Shown piece after piece: positions 16,480 through 25,641 of a stretch of 32,000 nucleotides of DNA (within the stretch, counting starts at the first letter, position 1; every line of letters starts with the position of its first letter). The notes under the pieces are model-generated. The model did not search any database. It had not been told where the DNA came from and was given only the letters and a program-made list of their open reading frames with translations. A program made the position numbers and the translations under genes. The stretch comes from Geotalea daltonii FRC-32 (GTDB lineage Bacteria > Desulfobacterota > Desulfuromonadia > Geobacterales > Geobacteraceae): assembly GCF_000022265.1 (NCBI RefSeq), contig NC_011979.1, positions 3,900,001-3,932,000 on the forward strand. The letters are read 5' to 3'.

Positions 16480-16599
16480 GTGATTCCCCTTTTCAGATTG
16501 GTGAAATACTTTGCCTTGCAGAAACATGTAAACCAGCAAAATAACCACGGCAGTTATGGCGATCAGCAATGGTCTGCAAACAGTCCGCGCCATGGCGAG

Positions 16600-17715
16600 C
16601 TATCCCTTTGGCAACTGGAACAGGTCGAGATTCTCCTCTTTAAGCTGAGTGAAGGGGCTGTTGTGAAACCCATGCTTTCCTTCCCTTGGCTGGACAGATT
16701 TTGCCTGCAAGGGCTGCGCCTCCGCCGGAGTCTCCACCACAGATTCAATCTCCATCTCAGGCTCCTCATGGCCATTGTTCTTGAAAAAATAACGGTCATA
16801 GAGGCGGTGATAGGCTGTCCAGCGGGAGTCGCTGGCAGTTTCCTTTTTGATGTGGGTCTTGATGCCGTTGATCTTTGAATCCAGGTCGTCCAGGTAATTG
16901 AGAATTGTAGCCTCGATGGTTTTCGGACGTTTCGGGGAACCGAACTCATACTGGCCATGATGGGAAAGGAGCATGTGCTTGAGAAGCATGGCCAGTTCCA
17001 CGGGAAAACCGGTGATGGTCATGATTTTCTCCTGCAGCATCTCGACGCCGATGGTGATGTGGCCGATGAGCTTGCCTTCATCGGTATAATCGAAAGCGCG
17101 CATATAGGTCATCTCCCTCACCTTGCCCACATCATGGAGCAGTGCACCGGTTATGAGCAGATCGCGGTTGAGCCCCGAATACAGGGGAACAATGCTGTCT
17201 ACCAGTTTGGCTACGGCAAGGGAATGTTCCAGAAGACCACCCAGGTATACGTGATGCATCCCTTTTGCCGCCGGAGCAACCCGGTAAAGGGAGAAGAGCT
17301 CGGTATCCCTGAAGAACGCATTGAGCAGGCTCTTCAGATTGATGTCGGAGACGGATTCGACCAACGAGAAGAGCTCGTTCTCCATTTCCTTTATGTTCCG
17401 TTCCGTCTCCGGCAGAAAGTCCGCCAGGGTGACGCTCTCCTCCGGCACTTTGCTCAGCTCGGAAATGATCAGCTGCATCTTCCCCAGGTAAACCGATGCC
17501 TTGGAACGAACCGACAGGAAATCATCCTTGTCGAACAACATGCTGATCTGATCCACATTATCCCAGATCTTCGCATCAACCTCGCCGGTTTTATCCATCA
17601 GGCGCAACGTCAGGTAAGGCTTGCCGTTTTTGGCCATGGCAGTGATCTTTTCCTTGACCAGAAAAACGGAATCCACCTGATCGCGATCCTTTATTTCAGA
17701 AACAAATTTCTTCAA
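16600..17715 (-). CDS. OB-fold + HD-domain protein, YhaM-like 3'-5' exoribonuclease family
   Basis: The N-terminal OB fold (KNGKPYLTLRLMDKTGEVDAKIWDN) is followed by an HD domain (LLEHSLAVAKL..., GALLHDVGK, LLSHHGQYEFGSPK). The apparent start is TTG at 17715, preceded by AAGGGG. Confidence 0.8.
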   Translation of the reverse strand: MKKFVSEIKDRDQVDSVFLVKEKITAMAKNGKPYLTLRLMDKTGEVDAKIWDNVDQISMLFDKDDFLSVRSKASVYLGKMQLIISELSKVPEESVTLADFLPETERNIKEMENELFSLVESVSDINLKSLLNAFFRDTELFSLYRVAPAAKGMHHVYLGGLLEHSLAVAKLVDSIVPLYSGLNRDLLITGALLHDVGKVREMTYMRAFDYTDEGKLIGHITIGVEMLQEKIMTITGFPVELAMLLKHMLLSHHGQYEFGSPKRPKTIEATILNYLDDLDSKINGIKTHIKKETASDSRWTAYHRLYDRYFFKNNGHEEPEMEIESVVETPAEAQPLQAKSVQPREGKHGFHNSPFTQLKEENLDLFQLPKG

Positions 17716-17772
17716 GGTGCACCCCTTTTGGAAAATCTATGGTTACCGGCGCCATGCCGGCGCCGACTTATG

Positions 17773-19344
17773 CTATAGCCGGGCAATAATGTCTGCAGCG
17801 CGAATACCGTCAAGGGAGGCGCTCATAATTCCACCTGCATGCCCCGCCCCCTCACCCACCGGATAGAGACCACGAACACTGGTGGACTGCAGGTCCTGAC
17901 CGCGCAGAATGCGCAGGGGGGCGGATGTTCTCGTTTCCACCCCCGTCAGATTCGCTTCAGCGGTTATAAATCCACGCATCTTCCGCTCAAAGAAGCGAAC
18001 GCCATCCTTGAGTGTATCGTGAACCGCCTTTGGCAGAACTTCAGAGAGGTCCGTTTCACAGATACCGGGCCGGTAGGTAGATGTGACTCTCCCGCCCCTG
18101 GACTGACCGAGAAACGCCAGAAGATTCTGGGCCGGGGCCAGGTAATTACCACCGCCTGCCTCATATGCGCGGCGCTCCCACCTGCGTTGGAATTCTACAC
18201 CGGCAAGGGGATGGCCGCCGCCGAAATCCCTGGTCTGCACAGTAGCCACCAATGCACTGTTGGCAAAAGCTGAATTACGGGCGTAGCCGCTCATGCCGTT
18301 GGTGACAACCCCACCTTCTTCGGAAGCGCCGGCGACAACGATACCACCTGGACACATGCAGAATGAATAGGCGGAACGGCCGGTTTTGGTATCGTTATAG
18401 GCAAGGGCGTAGTCGGCAGCCGGAAGCTGCGGATGGGAAGGCATCCCATACTGGATGCCATTGATCAATTCCTGTGGATGCTCCACCCGCAGACCAATGG
18501 CAAAAGGCTTCTGTTCCATGGCCACCTGCCGTTGATTGAGCATGGCATAGGTATCACGGGCACTATGCCCGGGCGCCAGTACCAGAACATCGCAGGGCAA
18601 TTCATCGGTATCATTGATCTTGAGAGCGATAATCCTGCCACTATCTGTCACAATGTCGGTCAACCGACTGCTGAAGCCTATGGAAAAGCCACGCTCGGTG
18701 AGAAACTGCCGGATGGCCGTTATCACGCAACGCAAGCGGTCGGTACCGATATGGGGTTTTGCAGAGGTCAGAATCTCCTCCGGTGCACCAAACTGCACGA
18801 ACTTATCCAGAACATAGCGAATATTTTGATCCTTCAGCCGGGTAGTCAGTTTACCATCGGAGAAGGTTCCCGCCCCCCCCTCGCCGAACTGGACATTGCT
18901 GGCGGTGTTCAGCTCCCCCCGGTCCCAGAAGGACTGAACATCTTTGAGTCGCTCTTCCACCGGCCTGCCACGCTCAACGATGGTCGCCGTCAATCCGTAC
19001 TCCGCCAGGCGCAGGGCGGCAAACAGCCCTGCCGGCCCCATCCCGACAATGACTATCCTCTTGTCGCAAGCCACGCGTTCAAACACAGGAGGCTTCTTTT
19101 CAGCCACATACTCAAGGTCCCCCCCTTGATGGGACAATTTGAAGAGCTCTTCGTCAGCTACAGCAAACTCGATGGTATATACAAGTTTTATGCGAGGCTT
19201 TTTCCTTGCATCAATACCCTTACGGATTATGGCAAAGCGAGTAATGTCCTCTGGCTGGAGGGAAAATCTGGCGCAGACAATGGCAGGGAGGAATTCTTCA
19301 CTTTCCCCAAGATCAAGTGTGAGGTTACGTAGCAGGAAAGGCAT
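17773..19344 (-). CDS. FAD-dependent oxidoreductase (COG2509-like, function unknown)
   Basis: 523 aa with the dinucleotide-binding motif IVIVGMGPAGLFAALRLAEYG and the C-terminal motif GLYPVGEGAGHAGGIMSASLDG. Confidence 0.8.
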   Translation of the reverse strand: MPFLLRNLTLDLGESEEFLPAIVCARFSLQPEDITRFAIIRKGIDARKKPRIKLVYTIEFAVADEELFKLSHQGGDLEYVAEKKPPVFERVACDKRIVIVGMGPAGLFAALRLAEYGLTATIVERGRPVEERLKDVQSFWDRGELNTASNVQFGEGGAGTFSDGKLTTRLKDQNIRYVLDKFVQFGAPEEILTSAKPHIGTDRLRCVITAIRQFLTERGFSIGFSSRLTDIVTDSGRIIALKINDTDELPCDVLVLAPGHSARDTYAMLNQRQVAMEQKPFAIGLRVEHPQELINGIQYGMPSHPQLPAADYALAYNDTKTGRSAYSFCMCPGGIVVAGASEEGGVVTNGMSGYARNSAFANSALVATVQTRDFGGGHPLAGVEFQRRWERRAYEAGGGNYLAPAQNLLAFLGQSRGGRVTSTYRPGICETDLSEVLPKAVHDTLKDGVRFFERKMRGFITAEANLTGVETRTSAPLRILRGQDLQSTSVRGLYPVGEGAGHAGGIMSASLDGIRAADIIARL

Positions 19345-19352
19345 GGGGAAAG

Positions 19353-19757
19353 CTATTGGGTAAGCCGCTGTTGTCTTTTGCGGGCAAGCAACTGTTCGAC
19401 GATAATCACTATGTCAAGGGCTTTGGTAGATTTGGGTATGTGGATTTTGGCTCCCATTTCCGGGATCTCGTGCTCGTGTGGGGCACCATGAAACATGGAG
19501 GTAAGAAGAATGATAACCGGTTCATTGTCTGCTGCACGCCTGGATATTTCCATACAGGTACTGACGCCACCCATGCGCGGCATGATCAGATCGCTGATAA
19601 CAACATCAGGAGTGTTTTCTATATAAGCTTTTACCCCCTCCACTCCATCACTGGCAGTAATCACCGTGAAACCGGTCTCTTGGAATGAATCAGATAATAT
19701 CTTAAGGAAAAAGGGATCATCGTCGATCAAAAGGATTTTGCCTCTGGCAGCTTCCAT
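19353..19757 (-). CDS. Stand-alone response-regulator receiver (CheY-like)
   Basis: KILLIDDDPFFLKIL..., DVVISDLIMPRMGG. The start is placed at ATG 19757 (MEAARGK) with GAGG 5 nt upstream. The track ORF is longer. Confidence 0.8.
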   Translation of the reverse strand: MEAARGKILLIDDDPFFLKILSDSFQETGFTVITASDGVEGVKAYIENTPDVVISDLIMPRMGGVSTCMEISRRAADNEPVIILLTSMFHGAPHEHEIPEMGAKIHIPKSTKALDIVIIVEQLLARKRQQRLTQ

Positions 19758-19866
19758 CAAAACCTCAAAACAGAACTTCAACGAACGGTCATTCCCAGAA
19801 TTGGCTGTCGCCATAATACAAAAATACCGCTGAAAAGAAAAGGACAAACAGGCCTATTTTAGAAAT

Positions 19867-21045
19867 CTACAGGGGGAGTTTGACACAGAAAGTAGTACCG
19901 GTGGCATCACTTTTTTCAACTTCGATCTTGCCTTTGTAGTTTTTGACAATGCGCAGGACAACTGAAAGCCCAAGCCCGGTACCGCGGCTGTTGGTGGTAA
20001 AGAACGGGTCGAACACATAGGGTACGTTTTCAACCGGGATGCCGGTGCCGGTATCGGAAACCCTGATGGTAATGTACTGCCGGTCATAATCGAGAAAGAC
20101 GCCAAGTGTACCTTCGGATGCCATCTCATTGATGGAATTGAGGAAAAGATTGGTGAATATCTGCTCCAGTTCTGAAGGATCCGCCTTTATAGCCGGGGGA
20201 ATATTCCTGTAATCCCGGTTGACCGTAATCTTGTGCAACTGGATCTGCGGGCTGAATATCTCAAGGGTGTTATCTATTACCTGATGGATCAGGACGTCCC
20301 TGATCTCGAATTTCGGCCGATTGGATGCGTCAAGCAGCTTGCGCAGGATGCCATCGATACGATCTATTTCCTTGACTATTTTATCCACATATTCCAGCTT
20401 TTCAGGGTCATCCATGCCGCTTTTGATCAATTGGACAAACAGAGAAATGGAATTCAGCGGATTTCTTATTTCATGAGCCATGCCGGCAGATAAATAGCCC
20501 AGGGTGGCCAGCTTCTCGGACTGAACAATTTCAGCCTGGGCTTTCTGCAGCGCCTCGCTCTTCTCATGAACTCTCGCCTCAAGCTCAAGGTTCCATGCCT
20601 CAATCTCTGCCAGAAGCATTTCCTTTTCACGGAGCAACTCCCGGTTTTTCATCTCAAAGCCACGAATCTTCAGGACATTTTCGATGCGGTCGGCAAGATC
20701 CTGATTATTGAATGGCTTCAGAATGTAGTCTGAAGCACCGGCCTTCATGAGCTCTACGGCAATCTCCTCGCTGCCCTTGCCGGTAAACATGATGACATAG
20801 GTCTCGGGGAAACGCTTCTTGATCTCTCTTAAAGCGGTAAGGCCGTCAATGTCAGGCATCATGTAGTCAAGAAGCACCAACTCCGGCTGGGAAGCCTCTA
20901 TTATCTCGAAACCGGAAGGCGCGTCTACAGCAGTGAATACAGTGTATCCGCGGTTTTTCAAAATGATGGAAGTCAAGTCCAGAATGACCTTCTCATCATC
21001 TATAATCAATACCTTACCGCTTTGCTGTCTTAGTTCCTTTGCCAT
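19867..21045 (-). CDS. Hybrid REC-histidine kinase (N-terminal receiver, coiled coil, HisKA, HATPase)
   Basis: KVLIIDDEKVILD..., LVLLDYMMPDIDG, H-box LSAGMAHEIRNPLNSI, and G-boxes DTGTGIP / GTGLGLSV. The start at ATG 21045 lies downstream of a near-consensus promoter. Confidence 0.88.
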   Translation of the reverse strand: MAKELRQQSGKVLIIDDEKVILDLTSIILKNRGYTVFTAVDAPSGFEIIEASQPELVLLDYMMPDIDGLTALREIKKRFPETYVIMFTGKGSEEIAVELMKAGASDYILKPFNNQDLADRIENVLKIRGFEMKNRELLREKEMLLAEIEAWNLELEARVHEKSEALQKAQAEIVQSEKLATLGYLSAGMAHEIRNPLNSISLFVQLIKSGMDDPEKLEYVDKIVKEIDRIDGILRKLLDASNRPKFEIRDVLIHQVIDNTLEIFSPQIQLHKITVNRDYRNIPPAIKADPSELEQIFTNLFLNSINEMASEGTLGVFLDYDRQYITIRVSDTGTGIPVENVPYVFDPFFTTNSRGTGLGLSVVLRIVKNYKGKIEVEKSDATGTTFCVKLPL

Positions 21046-21075
21046 ATCCTCATCCAAATGAAAATTGATCGTGAA

Positions 21076-21105
21076 ATTATAGCCCCAACAATTTTGAACT
21101 GACAA
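21076..21105 (-). promoter_or_regulatory. Sigma70 promoter for the REC-histidine kinase gene
   Basis: On the minus strand: TTGTCA (21105..21100), 18-nt spacer, TATAAT (21081..21076). Confidence 0.55.
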
Positions 21106-21163
21106 GCTTTTTGATTGATTTTAATAAGAAACTTAATAGGCAGATTTTATTCATTGCATAAAA

Positions 21164-21186
21164 GAAGGGCAGCAAAGCTGCCCTTC
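21164..21186 (-). terminator. Intrinsic terminator after the USP gene
   Basis: GAAGGGCAGC - AAA - GCTGCCCTTC is a perfect 10-bp stem. On the minus strand it is followed by TTTTATGC. Confidence 0.7.
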
Positions 21187-21218
21187 AGATGAATCTATAG
21201 ATTGATAATGAGATTAGG

Positions 21219-21662
21219 TCAGGGAAGACGCACGGTCATAACAGGGCACTTCGCCTTCCTCACGACCCGCTCGGCAGTGCTGCCGAAAAGAAGGTGGTCG
21301 ATGCCGCTTCTGCCCTGAGTACCCAAGACGATGAGAGATACGCTTTCTTCTTCGGCTTTTTTCAATATCTCTTCATAGGGTATGCCCATGACTATACTGG
21401 ATTTATAGTTCGTCTCTTCTTTGATTCTGGTTCTGCAAAATTTCTCCATCATCTTCTCCGCTCCTTCCTCAATCTCTTTTTCCAGATTGTCGAAGGAAAC
21501 ATGGGGAACATAAAAGCCTCTCAAATCCACTGGTTCGTTTATCACGTGAAGAATTAACAGCTGGGATTCAAATTTTCTGGCAAAGGAATACGCGTATTCA
21601 AAGGCATGTTCCGAGTTTTCCGAAAAATCGGTAGCAAAGAGAATCTTGTCCAGGCGTGTCAT
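21219..21662 (-). CDS. Universal stress protein (UspA family)
   Basis: MTRLDKILFATDFSENSEHAFEYA..., and the C-terminal LIVLGTQGRSGIDHLLFGSTAERVVRKAKCPVMTV. SD AAGGAGG precedes ATG 21662. Confidence 0.88.
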   Translation of the reverse strand: MTRLDKILFATDFSENSEHAFEYAYSFARKFESQLLILHVINEPVDLRGFYVPHVSFDNLEKEIEEGAEKMMEKFCRTRIKEETNYKSSIVMGIPYEEILKKAEEESVSLIVLGTQGRSGIDHLLFGSTAERVVRKAKCPVMTVRLP

Positions 21663-21686
21663 ATCCCCTCCTTTACATAACACATT

Positions 21687-22076
21687 TCAATGGCTGGTTT
21701 CCTTGAAGATCTTTTTCAGAATTGATTTCAGCTCTTCGATCTTTACCGGCTTATTTATGTATTCGAATGCGCCGAGGTTCATGGCTTCTATGTAAGACTC
21801 AACGCCACCATATGCCGTGATCATTATAACATTGCTTTTGGGAAAACTCTTGTTCAGCTCTTTAAGAAAGGTAATGCCATTCATCTCAGGCATGTTGATG
21901 TCGGTTACAATAAGATTGACCTCCTGCTGACGCAGATAATTAAGAGCTTCAAAGCCATTGGAAACACTTTCAACAAGGAAACCTTCCTTTGCTAACAATC
22001 TGGAAAGGCCGATTCTCGCATTTTCTTCATCGTCAACAACCAGAATTCTCTTTGGATTTTTCATTGGTATCAACAT
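21687..22076 (-). CDS. Stand-alone response-regulator receiver (CheY-like)
   Basis: RILVVDDEENARIGL..., LIVTDINMPEMNG, and K in INKPV. GGAG lies 4 nt before ATG 22076. Confidence 0.85.
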   Translation of the reverse strand: MLIPMKNPKRILVVDDEENARIGLSRLLAKEGFLVESVSNGFEALNYLRQQEVNLIVTDINMPEMNGITFLKELNKSFPKSNVIMITAYGGVESYIEAMNLGAFEYINKPVKIEELKSILKKIFKETSH

Positions 22077-22108
22077 ATTACTCCAGTTGGATTAATGAGC
22101 TGCTGTCC

Positions 22109-22136
22109 AGTCTAACATGGAGTTGATCCCTGTCAA
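22109..22136 (-). promoter_or_regulatory. Sigma70 promoter for the REC/USP unit
   Basis: On the minus strand: TTGACA (22136..22131), 16-nt spacer, TAGACT (22114..22109). Confidence 0.5.
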
Positions 22137-22220
22137 GTCGCAGGTTAACAGGAGCTTAAAAAGGTTTTGACGGTGGATTTGGGCGCTACTCCGGCAGGAA
22201 TGAGGAGTGCGCACCCTTAC

Positions 22221-22955
22221 TCAGGTATTGGAGGAGGTTTTTCTCGCGGCCATGTTCTGCCGCAATTTAACAGCAGTGAGGATTAGATTGGCAATAATTG
22301 ATATGAAATATATTTCATCATTAGTAAAGGTCTTCATGGACGTGGAGTTGAGGTTTATTACCCCGAAAACTTCCTGTTTATCTGCAATGGGGAAAGAAAG
22401 CATTGAATTGTACTTTTCTTCCTGCAGTTCCGGAAAGTTTTTGTATCTGGGATCCACCGAGGCATTGCTCAAGGAAATGTGCTGCCTGTCTTTCGCAACT
22501 GCACCGGTGATCCCTTCGCCAATATTGATCCTGATCTTGCCGATAAAACTTGGGTCAAATCCAAAGGTGGCTGCGAGGACAAGCTGTCCTTCTTCCATCA
22601 GATATATGGAACAAACGCTTACCTTGAGCTGGTTCGCCACCTTTTCACATACCCGCTGCAGAACCTGGGGCAGCTGAAAATCAGAGGACACGAGCATACT
22701 GATCTCTTCCAGCGATATGATCTCCAGATGTTCACGGTTGGCCTTCTGCATGGTCAGAACCATCTTTCCCTTCTCGCTTTCGAGAAAGGGAGTGAATCCT
22801 GCCTTATGGTAAAAAGGATTCACCGTCTTGATCTTCTCCGTAATAGTACGAAAATCGGAAAACCCGCAGCTGCATGTCATCTTTACGCGGTAACTGTCCA
22901 CCCGCTCGCTTTTCATGACCCGTCCACACTTCCGGCAGCGTGCTACCAATTGCAT
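22221..22955 (-). CDS. Zinc-ribbon + GAF domain protein
   Basis: The N-terminal CRKCGRVMKSERVDSYRVKMTCSCG provides four Cys. The C-terminal ~150 aa are GAF-like (VCSIYLMEEGQLVLAATFGFD..., GEGITGAVA, LSFPIADKQEVFGVINL). SD AAGGAG lies 8 nt upstream. Confidence 0.75.
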   Translation of the reverse strand: MQLVARCRKCGRVMKSERVDSYRVKMTCSCGFSDFRTITEKIKTVNPFYHKAGFTPFLESEKGKMVLTMQKANREHLEIISLEEISMLVSSDFQLPQVLQRVCEKVANQLKVSVCSIYLMEEGQLVLAATFGFDPSFIGKIRINIGEGITGAVAKDRQHISLSNASVDPRYKNFPELQEEKYNSMLSFPIADKQEVFGVINLNSTSMKTFTNDEIYFISIIANLILTAVKLRQNMAARKTSSNT

Positions 22956-22994
22956 ACTACATTCTCCTTGAGAAAACTCCGTCTGAGTTTAGTT

Positions 22995-23834
22995 TCATTG
23001 TGCATCATCAGCCTTAAGAACCACATGAGCCGGTGCCCCCGCAGCACCGAAAGGTTTCAGCATTTTACCGTTAAATTCAGCTTCAACCCCGCCTGCATTG
23101 CCCAGATCGAGGGCGAAAGAGTTTCCACCCTTCCACTCTATTATATCTCCTGATTTAAGGTCGTAATGCTGCGTCACATTATCATCGATGGTGATATTCA
23201 ATGAGCTGTCCTGGTTGCACTTTAATTTGAGAAAAACCCCTTTCAGCCTGGGTTCTGCGGCAACCGGTGCAGCACCGCCAGCAGGCACAGCCGGCGCAAC
23301 TGAAACACTGCCTGTTTCCGAATGGGCCGATGAGCGAGCAGGCTGTACCGGCAGCGGCGGCATAGCCGGGGCAACAGGCTGTGGCTGTACTGCCGGTGCA
23401 GGGCTGGTAACCTTTGTTTCTTCATTTTCACGTACAAAAACAGCCGCGACCACAACAAGAATCAACAAGACCAGCGGCAGGATCCAACGACCACGGTTTA
23501 CAGGTTTTGCACTGTATGGAGTGGAAGTAGCGGAATTTCCTTCCTCTGCTTCTTTAGCCTGGTCACCTGTTCTTTCGTAGATGGCAACTACCTCATCGCC
23601 TGAAAGTCCGACGAAGCCGGCATACAGTCTCAGAAAGCCTTTTACATAGGCGGCATTGGGAAGCTTTTCAAAATCGCCCGCTTCAATGGCAATGAGGTAA
23701 TTCTTGCTGATACGCGTAGTTGCTGCGACATCATCAAGCTGCAATCCCTTGGACTCTCGGGCCTCGCGCAGATATAACCCCAATTCGTTTCTGCTCATGA
23801 CTGCTGAACCTGATTCAGGCAAGGGATCCCTCAC
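22995..23834 (-). CDS. rodZ: Cytoskeleton protein RodZ (HTH, TM, Pro/Ala-rich linker, DUF4115-like C-terminus)
   Basis: LGLYLREARESKGLQLDDVAATTRISKNYLIAIEAGDFEKLPNAAYVKGFLRLYA, and TM WILPLVLLILVVVAAVFV. The start is either GTG 23834 (GTGA overlap with the TPR gene stop) or ATG 23798. Confidence 0.82.
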   Translation of the reverse strand: MRDPLPESGSAVMSRNELGLYLREARESKGLQLDDVAATTRISKNYLIAIEAGDFEKLPNAAYVKGFLRLYAGFVGLSGDEVVAIYERTGDQAKEAEEGNSATSTPYSAKPVNRGRWILPLVLLILVVVAAVFVRENEETKVTSPAPAVQPQPVAPAMPPLPVQPARSSAHSETGSVSVAPAVPAGGAAPVAAEPRLKGVFLKLKCNQDSSLNITIDDNVTQHYDLKSGDIIEWKGGNSFALDLGNAGGVEAEFNGKMLKPFGAAGAPAHVVLKADDAQ

Positions 23835-24577
23835 TTCAGCATATCCACATATTCCCGAGCGAACTGCCCTATCTCGGAATCAGGGGCAATGCGGATAACC
23901 TCTCTGAAGGCTGCAGCTGCAGCCTTGTTGTCTTTTGTCTTCATATACGCCAACGCCAGAAAATAGTGGGCATTGGCATAGTTGCCACTAAGTTCCAATG
24001 CTTTGCCATATTCTGCTATCGCCCAATCCACCTTGTCCAGGGCGAAATAGACCCGACCGAGATTCAACCGCACCCGCGCATCCCTGGGATAGGAGCTTAC
24101 TGCGGAGCGGTAAACGGCAAGGGCTTGCTGGTGATCCCCTTTACCGAAATAGGCAAGCCCAAGATTAACGGCAGCTGTGTCCTGGTTCTGATAGAAGATA
24201 TCTTCCGCAACCAGCTTCAGCTGGGTAATGGCATCGTCCCATCTCTTCATTTCCAGATAATTTACCGCCAGATTATTCCTCGCCTCTGAATAGAGGGGGC
24301 GAATTTTCAGTGCCTTGAGGTATTTTTGTTCTGCAATATCAAATTTATGCTTGCGAAAGTAGACCATTCCAAGATAATTGAGCAGCTCGGGGTTCTTGGG
24401 ATCCAGTTTTTCAGCCTCGGAAAATTCAACCAGAGCACTGGTGAAGTTATTTTCCCCCAGATATGACAACCCCATCTGGTAATGATAGGAAGACTGCTTT
24501 CTCGCCTCATGGCTCATAGCACAAGCTGAGAGCAGGATAGCTGCCGATGCCCAAATCATAAACAAAAAACGCTTCAT
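23831..24577 (-). CDS. TPR-repeat lipoprotein, PilW/PilF-like
   Basis: MKRFLFMIWASAAILLSAC provides a lipobox, followed by about six TPR units. Its position immediately upstream of rodZ matches the pilF-rodZ arrangement of other proteobacteria. The start is ATG 24577 (SD GAAGG). Confidence 0.7.
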   Translation of the reverse strand: MKRFLFMIWASAAILLSACAMSHEARKQSSYHYQMGLSYLGENNFTSALVEFSEAEKLDPKNPELLNYLGMVYFRKHKFDIAEQKYLKALKIRPLYSEARNNLAVNYLEMKRWDDAITQLKLVAEDIFYQNQDTAAVNLGLAYFGKGDHQQALAVYRSAVSSYPRDARVRLNLGRVYFALDKVDWAIAEYGKALELSGNYANAHYFLALAYMKTKDNKAAAAAFREVIRIAPDSEIGQFAREYVDMLK

Positions 24578-24641
24578 AACACCTTCAGTTTTGGCCGGGA
24601 ATGAAAACCACACGGCAATTAAAGCAAACTTAGCGTCTGGA

Positions 24642-24670
24642 AACCTAGCAGATTTACTTGGTATTGTCAA
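24642..24670 (-). promoter_or_regulatory. Sigma70 promoter for the TPR-rodZ unit
   Basis: On the minus strand: TTGACA (24670..24665), 17-nt spacer, TAGGTT (24647..24642). Confidence 0.45.
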
Positions 24671-24698
24671 TTAAGGGCATATTTGAAAGTTATATCCC

Positions 24699-25616
24699 TC
24701 ATCGGCTGCTCAACCCCTCAAAATGAGTCATTTTTTTGAAGCCCCTGTATCGGCTCTCAATTTCCTTGTAATCCAGCTTCTTAAGCCGATTGAGGCTGAA
24801 ATCCTCCACGTTGAACGAGGCCATTACACTGCCGAAAATGATTGCTTGGCGAATCCCTTCTTCAGATGTGTCACCTGTGTTGGCGAGATAACCCATGAAA
24901 CCGCCGGCAAAGGTATCCCCCGCACCGGTCGGATCGAACACTTCCTCAAGTGGATAGGCTGGAGCAGCAAAGATTGTCGAATCGGTGAACATCAATACCC
25001 CGTATTCGCCACGCTTGATGATAAGAGTTTTTGCCCCCATGGCAAGAATGCTTTTCGCTGCCTTGACGAGATTGGCTTCTCCTGTAAACTGACGTGCCTC
25101 GCCTTCGTTGATGATGAGAATGTCCACGCGCTCGACAACCTTCTTCAATGCTTCCCGCTTCGAGGAAATCCAAAAATTCATGGTATCGCAGGCAACGACA
25201 CGGGGCTTCTGCATCTGGTTCAGGACTTCCATCTGCAGTTCAGGGTCTATGTTGGCGAGGAAAAGATAGTCGGCACCGGCATATAAGGCCGGGATGACAG
25301 GCTTGAAGCTCTCGAATACATTAAGGTGTGTTTCGAGAGTTTGTGCCTCATTGAGGTCATAACCATATTTCCCCTTCCAGTGAAACGTCTTGCCGTTGAC
25401 CCGTGAAAGCCCTGTCAAATCTATGTTCCTCGACCGGAGGAAGTCGATGTGTTCCTCTTGGAAATCGTCACCCACGACCGCTACCAGACTCACATCGGTG
25501 AAAAAGCTCGCCGAGGTGGAAAAATAGGTCGCTGACCCGCCAAGAATACTGTCCATCTTGCCGAAAGGGGTCTCAACCGAATCGAATGCCACAGAACCAA
25601 CCACAAGAATGCCCAT
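24699..25616 (-). CDS. PfkB-family sugar/nucleoside kinase
   Basis: MGILVVGSVAFDSVETPFG..., and the C-terminal anion-hole motif DPTGAGDTFAGGFMGYL. The start is ATG 25616, with GGAG 8 nt upstream. Confidence 0.82.
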   Translation of the reverse strand: MGILVVGSVAFDSVETPFGKMDSILGGSATYFSTSASFFTDVSLVAVVGDDFQEEHIDFLRSRNIDLTGLSRVNGKTFHWKGKYGYDLNEAQTLETHLNVFESFKPVIPALYAGADYLFLANIDPELQMEVLNQMQKPRVVACDTMNFWISSKREALKKVVERVDILIINEGEARQFTGEANLVKAAKSILAMGAKTLIIKRGEYGVLMFTDSTIFAAPAYPLEEVFDPTGAGDTFAGGFMGYLANTGDTSEEGIRQAIIFGSVMASFNVEDFSLNRLKKLDYKEIESRYRGFKKMTHFEGLSSR

Positions 25617-25641
25617 TCTGCCATCTCCTGAAATTTTCAGT

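Noticed and set aside
17747-17765. GC hairpin CGGCGCC-ATGCC-GGCGCCG after the FAD oxidoreductase gene, considered as a terminator.
   Set aside because: No T-run follows it on the minus strand, and the next gene starts about 30 nt later with its own SD. It is more likely an intra-operon stem than a terminator.
23240-23460. Repetitive-looking GC-rich stretch inside rodZ.
   Set aside because: It translates in frame to the Pro/Ala/Val-rich periplasmic linker typical of RodZ (PAPAVQPQPVAPAMPPLPVQPA...). It is a low-complexity coding region, not a DNA repeat element.
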